Of a stretch of DNA of 64,000 bases, positions 52,378 to 64,000 are shown one piece after another. The notes under the pieces were generated by a model. It was not told the origin of the DNA and made no database searches. It was given only the letters and a program-made list of their open reading frames with translations. The stretch's first letter is position 1, and every line of letters starts with the position of its first letter. The translations under genes were made by a program, and so were the position numbers. Source of the DNA: Eledone cirrhosa (taxonomy: Eukaryota); contig OZ024755.1 in NCBI GenBank assembly GCA_964016885.1, positions 31,310,001 through 31,374,000 on the forward strand, in the 5' to 3' direction.

Positions 52378-55300
52378 CCATGTATAGGATGTGTAGCAAC
52401 CTTCTGAAGGACTTGTACCCCATGTATGGGATGTGTAGCAACCTTCTGAAGGACTTGTACCCCATGTATGGGATGTGTAGCAACACTCTGAAGGACTTGT
52501 ACCCCATGTATGGGATGTGTAGCAACCTTCTGAAGGACTTGTACCCCATGTATGGGATGTGTAGCAACCTTCTGAAGGACTTGTACCCCATGTATGGGAT
52601 GTGTAGCAACCTTCTGAAAAACTTGTACCCCATGTATGGGATATGTAGCAAACTTCTGAAGAACATGTACCCCATGTATGGGATATGTAGCAACCTTCTG
52701 AAGGACTTGTACCCCATGTATGGGATGTGTAGCAACCTTCTGAAGAACTTGTACCCCATGTATGGGATGTGTAGCAACACTCTGAAGGACTTGTACCCCA
52801 TGTATGGGATGTGTAGCAACCTTCTGAAGGACTTGTACCCCATGTATGGGATGTGTAGCAACCTTCTGAAGGACTTGTACCCCATGTATGGGATGTGTAG
52901 CAACCTTCTGAAAAACTTGTACCCCATGTATGGGATATGTAGCAACCTTCTGAAGGAATTGTACCCCATGTATGGGATGTGTAGCAACCTTCTGAAGAAC
53001 TTGTACCCCATGTATGGGATGTGCAGCAACATTCTGAAGGACTTGTACCCCATGAATGGGATATGTAGCAACCTTCTGAAGGACTTGTACCCCATGTATG
53101 GGATGTGTAGCAACCTTCTGAAGGACTTGTACCCCATGTATGGGATGTGTAGCAACCTTCTGAAGGACTTGTATCCCATGTATGGGATGTGCAGCAACCT
53201 TCTGAAGGACTTGTACCCCATGTATGGGATGTGTAGCAACCTTCTGAAGGACTTGTACCCCATGTATGGGATGTGTAGCAACCTTCTGAAGGACTTGTAC
53301 CCCATGTATGGGATGTGCAGCAACCTTCTGAAGGACTTGTACCCCATGTATGGGATGTGTAGCAACCTTCTGAAGGACTTGTACCCCATGTATGGGATGT
53401 GTAGCAACCTTCTGAAGGACTTGTACCCCATGTATGGGATGTGTAGCAACCTTCTAAAGGACTTGTACCCCATGTATGGGATGTGTAGCAACCTTCTGAA
53501 GGACTTGTACCCCATGAATGGGATGTGTAGCAACCTTCTGAAGGACTTGTACCCCATGTATGGGATGTGTAGCAACCTTCTCAAGGTCTTGTACCCCATG
53601 TATGGGATGTGTAGCAACCTTCTGAAGAACTTGTACCCCATGTATGGGATATGTAGCAACCTTCTGAAGGACTTGAACCCCATGTATGGGATGTGCAGCA
53701 ACCTTCTGAAGGACTTGTACCCCATGTATGGGATGTGCAGAAACCTTCTGAAGGACTTGTACCCCATGTATGGGATGTGTAGCAACCTTCGGAATGACTT
53801 GTACCCCATGTATGGGATGTGCAGCAACCTTCTGAAGGATTTGTAGCCATGTATGGGATGTGTAGCAACCTTCTGAAGGACTTGTACCCCATGTATGGGA
53901 TATGTAGCAACCTTCTGAAGGACTTGAACCCCATGTATGCGATGTGCAGCAACCTTCTGAAGGACTTGTACCCCATGTATGGGATTTGTAGCAACCTTCT
54001 GAAGGACTTGAACCCCATGTATGGGATATGTAGCAACCTTCTGAAGGACTTGTACCCCATGTATGGGATTTGTAGCAACCTTCTGAAGGACTTGTACCCC
54101 ATGTATGGGATATGCAGCAACCTTCTGAAGCACTTGTACCCCATGTATGGGATATGTAGCAACCTTCTGAAGGACTTGTACCCCATGTATGGGATGTGTA
54201 GCAACCTTCTGAAGCACTTGTACCCCATGTATGGGATGTGTAGCAACCTTCTAAAGGACTTGTACCCCATGTATGGGATGTGCAGCAACCTTCTGAAGGA
54301 CTTGTACCCATGTATGGGATGTGTAGCAACATTCTGAAGGACTTGTACCCCATGTATGGGATGTGCAGCAACCTTCTGAAGGACTTGTACCCCATGTATG
54401 GGATGTGTAGCAACCTTCTGAAGGACTTGTACCCATGTATGGGAAGTGTAGCAACCTTCTGAAGGACTTGTACCCCATGTATGGGATGTGTAGCAACCTT
54501 CTGAAGGACTTGTACCCCATGTATGGGATGTGTAACAACCTTCTGAAGGACTTGTACCCCATGTATGGGATGTGTAGCAACCTTCTGAAGGTCTTGTACC
54601 CCATGTATGGGATGTGTAGCAACCATCTGAAGGACTTGTACCCCATGTATGGGATGTGTAGCAACCTTCTGAAGGACTTGTACCCCATGTATGGGATGTG
54701 TAGCAACCTTCTGAAGGACTTGTACCCCATGAATGGGATGTGTAGCAACCTTCTGAAGGACTTGTACCCCATGTATGGGATGTGTAGCAACCTTCTGAAG
54801 GTCTTGTACCCCATGTATGGGATGTGTAGCAACCTTCTGAAGAACTTGTACCCCATGTATGGGATATGTAGCAACCTTCTGAAGGACTTGAACCCCATGT
54901 ATGGGATGTGCAGCAACCTTCTGAAGGACTTGTACCCCATGTATGGGATGTGTAGCAACCATCTGAAGGACTTGTACCCCATGTATGGGATGTGTAGCAA
55001 CCTTCTGAAGGACTTTTACCCATGTATGGGATTTGTACCAACCTTCTGAAGGACTTGTACCCCATGTATGGGATGTGTAGCAACCTTCTGAAGGAATTGT
55101 ACCCCATGTATGGGATGTGCAGCAACCTTCTGAAGGACTTGTACCCCATGTATGGGATTTGTAGCAACCTTCTGAAGGACTTGAACCCCATGTATGGGAT
55201 GTGCAGCAACCTTCTGAAGGACTTGTACCCCATGTATGGGATTTGTAGCAACCTTCTGAAGGACTTGAACCCCATGTATGGGATATGTAGCAACCTTCTG

Positions 55301-58300
55301 AAGGACTTGTACCCCATGTATGGGATTTGTAGCAACCTTCTGAAGGACTTGTACCCCATGTATGGGATGTGCAGCAACCTTCTGAAGGACTTGTACCCCA
55401 TGTATGGGATGTACAGCAACCTTCTGAAGGACTTGTACCCCATGTATGGGATATGTAGCAACCTTCTGAAGGACTTGTACCCCATGTATGGGATGTGTAG
55501 CAACCTTCTGAAGCACTTGTACCCCATGTATGGGATGTGTAGCAACCTTCTGAAGGACTTGTACCCCATGTATGGGATGTGTAGCAACCTTCTGAAGGAC
55601 TTGTACCCCATGTATGGGATGTGTAGCAACCTTCTGAAGGTCTTGTACCCCATGTATGGGATGTGTAGCAACCTTCTGAAGAACTTGTACCCCATGAATG
55701 GGATTTGTAGCAACCTTCTGAAGGACTTGTACCCCATGTATGGGATGTGTAGCAACCTTCTGAAGGACTTGTACCCCATGTATGGGATGTGTAGCAACCT
55801 TCTGAAGGACTTGTACCCCATGTATGGGATGTGTAGCAACCTTCTGAAGGACTTGTAGCCATGTATGGGATGTGTAGCAACCTTCTGAAGGACTTGTACC
55901 CCATGTATGGGATATGTAGCAACCTTCTGAAGGACTTGAACCCCATGTATGCGATGTGCAGCAACCTTCTGAAGGACTTGTACCCCATGTATGGGATTTG
56001 TAGCAACCTTCTGAAGGACTTGAACCCCATGTATGGGATATGTAGCAACCTTCTGAAGGACTTGTACCCCATGTATGGGATTTGTAGCAACCTTCTGAAG
56101 GACTTGTACCCCATGTATGGGATATGCAGCAACCTTCTGAAGCACTTGTACCCCATGTATGGGATGTGCAGCAACCTTCTGAAGGACTTGTACCCCATGT
56201 ATGGGATATGTAGCAACCTTCTGAAGGACTTGTACCCCATGTATGGGATGTGTAGCAACCTTCTGAAGCACTTGTACCCCATGTATGGGATGTGTAGCAA
56301 CCTTCTAAAGGACTTGTACCCCATGTATGGGATGTGCAGCAACCTTCTGAAGGACTTGTACCCATGTATGGGATGTGTAGCAACATTCTGAAGGACTTGT
56401 ACCCCATGTATGGGATGTGCAGCAACCTTCTGAAGGACTTGTACCCCATGTATGGGATGTGTAGCAACCTTCTGAAGGACTTGTACCCATGTATGGGATG
56501 TGTAGCAACCTTCTGAAGGACTTGTACCCCATGTATGGGATGTGTAGCAACCTTCTGAAGGACTTGTACCCCATGTATGGGATGTGTAGCAACCTTCTGA
56601 AGGACTTGTACCCCATGTATGGGATGTGTAGCAACCTTCTGTAGGACTTGTACCCCATGTATGGGATGTGTAGCAACCTTCTGAAGGACTTGTACCCCAT
56701 GTATGGGATGTGTAGCAACCTTCTGAAGGTCTTGTACCCCATGTATGGGATGTGTAGCAACCTTCTGAAGAACTTGTACCCCATGAATGGGATATGTAGC
56801 AACCTTCTGAAGGACTTGAACCCCATGTATGGGATGTGCAGCAACCTTCTGAAGGACTTGTACCCCATGTATGGGATGTGTAGCAACCTTCTGAAGGACG
56901 TGTACCCCATGTATGGGATGTGTAGCAACCTTCTGAAGGACGTGTACCCCATGTATGGGATGTGTAGCAACCTTCTGAAGGACTTGTACCCCATGTATGG
57001 GATGTGTAGCAACCTTCTGAAGGACTTGTACCCCATGTATGGGATGTGTAGCAACCTTCTGAAGGACTTGTACCCATGTATGGGATGTGCAGCAACCTCC
57101 TGAAGGACTTGTACCCCATGTATGGGATGTGTAGCAACCTTCGGAATGACTTGTACCCCATGTATGGGATGTGCAGCAACCTTCTGAAGGACTTGTACCC
57201 CATGTATGGGATTTGTAGCAACCTTCTGAAGGACTTGTACCCCATGTATGGGATGTGCAGCAACCTTCTGAAGGACTTGTACCCCATGTATGGGATGTGT
57301 AGCAACCTTCTGAAGGACTTGTACGCCATGTATGGGATGTGCAGCAACATTCTGAAGGACTTGTACCCCATGAATGGGATATGTAGCAACCTTCTGAAGG
57401 ACTTGTACGCCATGTATGGGATGTGCAGCAACCTTCTGAAGGACTTGTACCCCATGTATGGGATGTGTAGCAACCTTCTGAAGGACTTGTACCCCATGTA
57501 TGGGATGTGTAGCAACCTTCTGAAGGACTTGTACCCCATGTATGGGATGTGTAGCAACCTTCTGAACGAGTTGTACCCCATGTATGGGATGTGTAGCAAC
57601 CTTCTGAAGGACTTGTACCCTATGTATGGGATGTGTAGCAACCTTCTGAAGGACTTGTACCCATGTATGGGATGTGCAGCAACCTTCTGAAGGACTTGTA
57701 CCCCATGTATGGGATGTGTAGCAACCTTCTGAAGGACGTGTACCCCATGTATGGGATGTGTAGCAACCTTCTGAAGGACTTGTACCCCATGTATGGGATG
57801 TGTAGCAACCATCTGAAGGACTTGTACCCCATGTATGGGATGTGTAGCAACCTTCTGAAGGACTTGTACCCATGTATGGGATTTGTAGCAACCTTCTGAA
57901 GGACTTGTACTCATGTATGGGATTTGTAGCAACCTTCTGAAGGACTTGTACCCCATGTATGGGATGTGTAGCAACCTTCTGAAGGACTTGTACCCCATGT
58001 ATGGGATGTGCAGCAACCTTCTGAAGGACTTGTACCCCATGTATGGGATGTGCAGCAACCTTCTGAAGGACTTGTACCCATGTATGGGATGTGTAGCAAC
58101 ATTCTGAAGTACTTGTACCCCATGTATGGGATGTGCAGCAACCTTCTGAAGGACTTGTACCCCATGTATGGGATGTGTAGCAACCTTCTGAAGCACTTGT
58201 ACCCCATGTATGGGATGTGCAGCAACCTTCTGAAGGACTTGTACCCCATGTATGGGATATGTAGCAACCTTCTGAAGGACTTGTACCCCATGTATGGGAT

Positions 58301-61300
58301 GTGTAGCAACCTTCTGAAGCACTTGTACCCCATGTATGGGATGTGTAGCAACCTTCTAAAGGACTTGTACCCCATGTATGGGATGTGCAGCAACCTTCTG
58401 AAGGACTTGTACCCATGTATGGGATGTGTAGCAACATTCTGAAGGACTTGTACCCCATGTATGGGATGTGCAGCAACCTTCTGAAGGACTTGTACCCCAT
58501 GTATGGGATGTGTAGCAACCTTCTGAAGGACTTGTACCCCATGTATGGGATGTGTAGCAACCTTCTGAAGGACTTGTACCCCATGTATAGGATGTGTAGC
58601 AACCTTCTGAAGGTCTTGTACCCCATGTATGGGATGTGTAGCAACCTTCTGAAGGACTTGTACCCCATGTATGGGATGTGTAGCAACCTTCTGAAGGACT
58701 TGTACCCCATGAATGGGATATGTAGCAACCTTCTGAAGGACTTGAACCCCATGTATGGGATGTGCAGCAACCTTCTGAAGGACTTGTACCCCATGTATGG
58801 GATGTGTAGCAACCTTCTGAAGGACGTGTACCCCATGTATGGGATGTGTAGCAACCTTCTGAAGGACGTGTACCCCATGTATGGGATGTGTAGCAAACTT
58901 CTGAAGGACTTGTACCCCATGTATGGGATGTGTAGCAACCTTCTGAAGGACTTGTACCCCATGTATGGGATGTGTAGCAACCTTCTGAAGGACTTGTACC
59001 CATGTATGGGATGTGCAGCAACCTTCTGAAGGACTTGTACCCCATGTATGGTATGTGTAGCAACCTTCGGAATGACTTGTACCCCATGTATGGGATGTGC
59101 AGCAACATTCTGAAGGACTTGTACCCCATGTATGGGATTTGAAGCAACCTTCTGAAGGACTTGTACCCCATGTATGGGATGTGCAGCAACCTTCTGAAGG
59201 ACTTGTACCCCATGTATGGGATGTGTAGCAACCTTCTGAAGGACTTGTACGCCATGTATGGGATGTGCAGCAACATTCTGAAGGACTTGTACCCCATGAA
59301 TGGGATATGTAGCAACCTTCTGAAGGACTTGTACGCCATGTATGGGATGTGCAGCAACCTTCTGAAGGACTTGTACCCCATGTATGGGATGTGTAGCAAC
59401 CTTCTGAAGGACTTGTACCCCATGTATGGGATGTGTAGCAACCTTCTGAAGGTCTTGTACCCCATGTATGGGATGTGTAGCAACCTTCTGAAGGAGTTGT
59501 ACCCCATCTATGGGATGTGTAGCAACCTTCTGAAGGACTTGTACCCTATGTATGGGATGTGTAGCAACCTTCTGAAGGACTTGTACCCATGTATGGGATG
59601 TGCAGCAACCTTCTGAAGGACTTGTACCCCATGTATGGGATGTGTAGCAACCTTCTGAAGGACTTGTACCCCATGTATGGGATATGTAGCAACCTTCTGA
59701 AGGTCTTGTACCCCATGTATGGGATATGTAGCAACCTTCTGAAGGACTTGTACGCCATGTATGGGATGTGCAGCAACATTCTGAAGGACTTGTACCTCAT
59801 GAATGGGATATGTAGCAACCTTCTGATGGACTTGTACGCCATGTATGGGATGTGCAGCAACCTTCTGAAGGATTGTACCCCATGTATGGGATTTGTAGCA
59901 ACCTTCTGAAGGACTTGTACCCCATGTATGGGATGTGTAGCAACCTTCTGAAGGACTTGTACCCCATGTATGGGATGTGTAGCAACCTTCTGAAGGACTT
60001 GTACCCCATGTATGGGATGTGCAGCAACCTTCTGAAGGACTTGTACCCCATGTATGGGATGTGTAGCAACCTTCTGAAGGACTTGTACCCCATGTATGGA
60101 ATGTGTAGCAACCTTCTGAAGGACTTGTACCCCATGTATGGGATTTGTAGCAACCTTCTGAAGGACTTGTACCCCATGTATGGGACGTGTAGCAACCTTC
60201 TGAAGGACTTGTACCCCATGTATGGGATTTGTAGCAACCTTCTGAAGGACTTGTACCCCATGTATGGGATGTGCAGCAACCTTCTGAAGGACTTGTACCC
60301 CATGTATGGGACGTGTAGCAACCTTCTGAAGGACTTGTACCCATGTATGGGATTTGTAGCAACCTTCTGAAGGACTTATACCCCATGTATGGGATGTGTA
60401 GCAACCTTCTGAAGGACTTGTAGCCCATGTATGGGATGTGTAGCAACCTTCTGAAGGACTTGTACCCCATGTATGGGATTTGTAGCAACCTTCTGAAGGA
60501 CTTGTACCCCATGTATGGGATGTGTAGCAACATTCTGAAGGACTTGTACCCCATGTATGGGATGTGTAGCAACCTTCTGAAGGACTTGTACCCATGTATG
60601 GGATGTGCAGCAACCTTCTGAAGGACTTGTACCCCATGTATGGGATGTGCAGCAACCTTCTGAAGGACTTGTACCCCATGTATGGGATGTGTAGCAACCT
60701 TCTGACGAACTTGTACCCCATGTATGGGATGTGCAGCAACCTTCTGAAGGACTTGTACCCCATGTATGGGATGTGCAGCAACCTTCTGAAGGAATTGTAC
60801 CCCATGTATGGGATGTGTAGCAACCTTCTGACGAACTTGTACCCCATGTATGGGATGTGCAGCAACCTTCTGAAGGACTTGTACCCCATGTATGGGATGT
60901 GCAGCAACCTTCTGAAGGAATTGTACCCCATGTATGGGATGTGTAGCAACCTTCTGAAGAACTTCTACCCCATGTATGGGATGTGTAGCAACATTCTGAA
61001 GGACTTGTACCCCATGTATGGGATGTGTAGCAACCTTCTGAAGGTCTTGTACCCCATGTATGGGATGTGTAGCAACCTTCTGAAGAACTTGTACCCCATG
61101 AATGGGATATGTAGCAACCTTCTGAAGGACTTGAACCCCATGTATGGGATGTGTAGCAACCTTCTGAAGAACTTGTACCCCATGAATGGGATATGTAGCA
61201 ACCTTCTGAAGGACTTGTACCCCATGTATGGGATGTGTAGCAACCTTCTGAAGGACGTGTACCCCATGTATGGGATGTGTAGCAACCTTCTGAAGGACGT

Positions 61301-64000
61301 GTACCCCATGTATGGGATGTGTAGCAACCTTCTGAATGACTTGTACCCCATGTATGGGATGTGTAGCAACCTTCTGAAGGACTTGTACCCCATGTATGGG
61401 ATATATAGCAACCTTCTGAAGGACTTGTACCCCATGTATGGGATGTGTAGCAACCTTCTGAAGGACGTGTACCCCATGTATGGGATGTGTAGCAACCTTC
61501 TGAAGGACGTGTACCCCATGTATGGGATGTGTAGCAACCTTCTGAAGGACTTGTACCCCATGTATGGGATGTGTAGCAACCTTCTGAAGGACTTGTACCC
61601 CATGTATGGGATGTGTAGCAACCTTCTGAAGGACTTGTACCCATGTATGGGATGTGCAGCAACCTTCTGAAGGACTTGTACCCCATGTATGGGATGTGTA
61701 GCAACCTTCGGAATGACTTGTACCCCATGTATGGGATGTGCAGCAACCTTCTGAAGGACTTGTACCCCATGTATGGGATTTGTAGCAACCTTCTGAAGGA
61801 CTTATACCCCATGTATGGGATGTGCAGCAACCTTCTGAAGGACTTGTACCCCATGTATGGGATGTGTAGCAACCTTCTGAAGGACTTGTACGCCATGTAT
61901 GGGATGTGCAGCAACATTCTGAAGGACTTGTACCCCATGAATGGGATATGTAGCAACCTTCTGAAGGACTTGTACGCCATGTATGGGATGTGCAGCAACC
62001 TTCTGAAGGACTTGTACCCCATGTATGGGATGTGTAGCAACCTTCTGAAGGACTTGTACCCCATGTATGGGATGTGTAGCAACCTTCTGAAGGACTTGTA
62101 CCCCATGTATGGGATGTGTAGCAACCTTCTGAAGGAGTTGTACCCCATGTATGGGATGTGTAGCAACCTTCTGAAGGACGTGTACCCCATGTATGGGATG
62201 TGTAGCAACCTTCTGAAGGACTTGTACCCCATGTATGGGATGTGTAGCAACCATCTGAAGGACTTGTACCCCATGTATGGGATGTGTAGCAACCTTCTGA
62301 AGGACTTGTACCCATGTATGGGATTTGTAGCAACCCTCTGAAGGACTTGTACCCATGTATGGGATTTGTAGCAACCTTCTGAAGGACTTGTACCCCATGT
62401 ATGGGATGTGTAGCAACCTTCTGAAGGACTTGTACCCCATGTATGGGATGTGCAGCAACCTTCTGAAGGACTTGTACCCCATGTATGGGATGTGTAGCAA
62501 CCTTCGGAATGACTTGTACCCCATGTATGGCATGTGCAGCAACCTTCTGAAGGACTTGTACCCCATGTATGGGATTTGTAGCAACCTTCTGAAGGACTTG
62601 TACCCCATGTATGGGATTTGTAGCAACCTTCTGAAGGACTTGTACCCCATGTATGGGATGTGTAGCAACCTTCTGAAGGACTTGTACCCCATGTATGGGA
62701 TGTGTAGCCACCTTCTGAAGCACTTGTATCCCATGAATGGGATATGTAGCAACCTTCTGAAGGACTTGTACCCCATGTATGGGATGTGTAGCAACCTTCT
62801 GAAGGACTTGAACCCCATGTATGGGATGTACAGCAACCTTCTGAAGGACTTGTACCCCATGAATGGGATATGTAGCAACCTTCTGAAGGACTTGAACCCC
62901 ATGTATGGGATGTACAGCAACCTTCTGAAGGACTTGTACCCCATGTATGGGATGTGTAGCAACCTTCTGAAGGACGTGTACCCCATGTATGGGATGTGTA
63001 GCAACCTTCTGAAGGACGTGTACCCCATGTATGGGATGTGTAGCAACCTTCTGAAGGACTTGTACCCCATGTATGGGATGTGTAGCAACCTTCTGAAGGA
63101 CTTGTACCCCATGTATGGGATGTGTAGCAACCTTCTGAAGGACTTGTACCCATGTATGGGATGTGCAGCAACCTTCTGAAGGACTTGTACCCCATGTATG
63201 GGATGTGTAGCAACCTTCTGAAGGACTTGTACGCCATGTATGGGATGTGCAGCAACATTCTGAAGGACTTGTACCCCATGTATGGGATGTGTAGCAACCT
63301 TCTGAAGGACTTGTACGCCATGTATGGGATGTGCAGCAACCTTCTGAAGGACTTGTACCCATGTATGGGATGTGCAGCAACCTTCTGAAGGACTTGTACC
63401 CCATGTATGGGATGTGTAGCAACCTTCTGAAGGACGTGTACCCCATGTATGGGATGTGTAGCAACCTTCTGAAGGACTTGTACCCCATGTATGGGATGTG
63501 TAGCAACCATCTGAAGGACTTGTACCCCATGTATGGGATGTGTAGCAACCTTCTGAAGGACTTGTACCCATGTATGGGATTTGTAGCAACCTTCTGAAGG
63601 ACTTGTACTCATGTATGGGATTTGTAGCAACCTTCTGAAGGACTTGTACCCCATGTATGGGATGTGTAGCAACCTTCTGAAGGACTTGTACCCCATGTAT
63701 GGGATGTGCAGCAACCTTCTGAAGGACTTGTTCCCCATGTATGGGATGTGTAGCAACCTTCTGAAGGACTTGTACCCCATGTATGGGATGTGTAGCAACC
63801 TTCGGAATGACTTGTACCCCATGTATGGCATGTGCAGCAACCTTCTGAAGGACTTGTACCCCATGTATGGGATGTGTAGCAACCTTCTGAAGGACTTGTA
63901 CCCCATGTATGGGATTTGTAGCAACCTTCTGAAGGACTTGTACCCCATGTATGGGATTTGTAGCAACCTTCTGAAGGACTTGTACCCCATGTATGGGATA
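52378..64000. repeat. 42-bp satellite array (over 11.6 kb, runs off the window)
   Basis: Unit CCCCATGTATGGGATGTGTAGCAACCTTCTGAAGGACTTGTA, with occasional 41-bp variants. Confidence 0.98.

Noticed and set aside
52179-63990. Very long ORFs (up to 1622 aa) on both strands
   Set aside because: They are translations of a 42-bp satellite that is stop-free in several frames. Frames switch at 41-bp variants, and there is no unique domain or splice context.

Overview
Eukaryotic, AT-rich, repeat-dense genomic DNA. Its SINE, RTE and Penelope content suggests an octopod cephalopod (inference). About 1-32 kb holds the last seven coding exons of a + strand KIAA0319/KIAA0319L (AAVR)-like gene, covering the end of the last PKD domain, a Cys-rich EGF-like segment, the TM helix and the cytoplasmic tail. 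All splice phases are consistent and the stop is at 31868. The introns carry RTE-clade LINE fragments, tRNA-derived SINEs, an internally deleted mariner, Penelope-type terminal repeats with minimal type-I hammerhead ribozymes, and a 12-kb satellite amplified from the 5' end of a SINE. Downstream (about 36-50 kb) is a cluster of TE relics (RTE, CRE, Merlin, Penelope GIY-YIG, Helentron-like, Tc1). It is arranged as nested inverted repeats: two diverged, convergent, apparently non-coding spliced units with NRF1/YY1-type promoter motifs meet at a perfect 35-bp hairpin. The last 11.6 kb is a 42-bp satellite. The long ORFs in the ORF track over satellites and microsatellites are artefacts.
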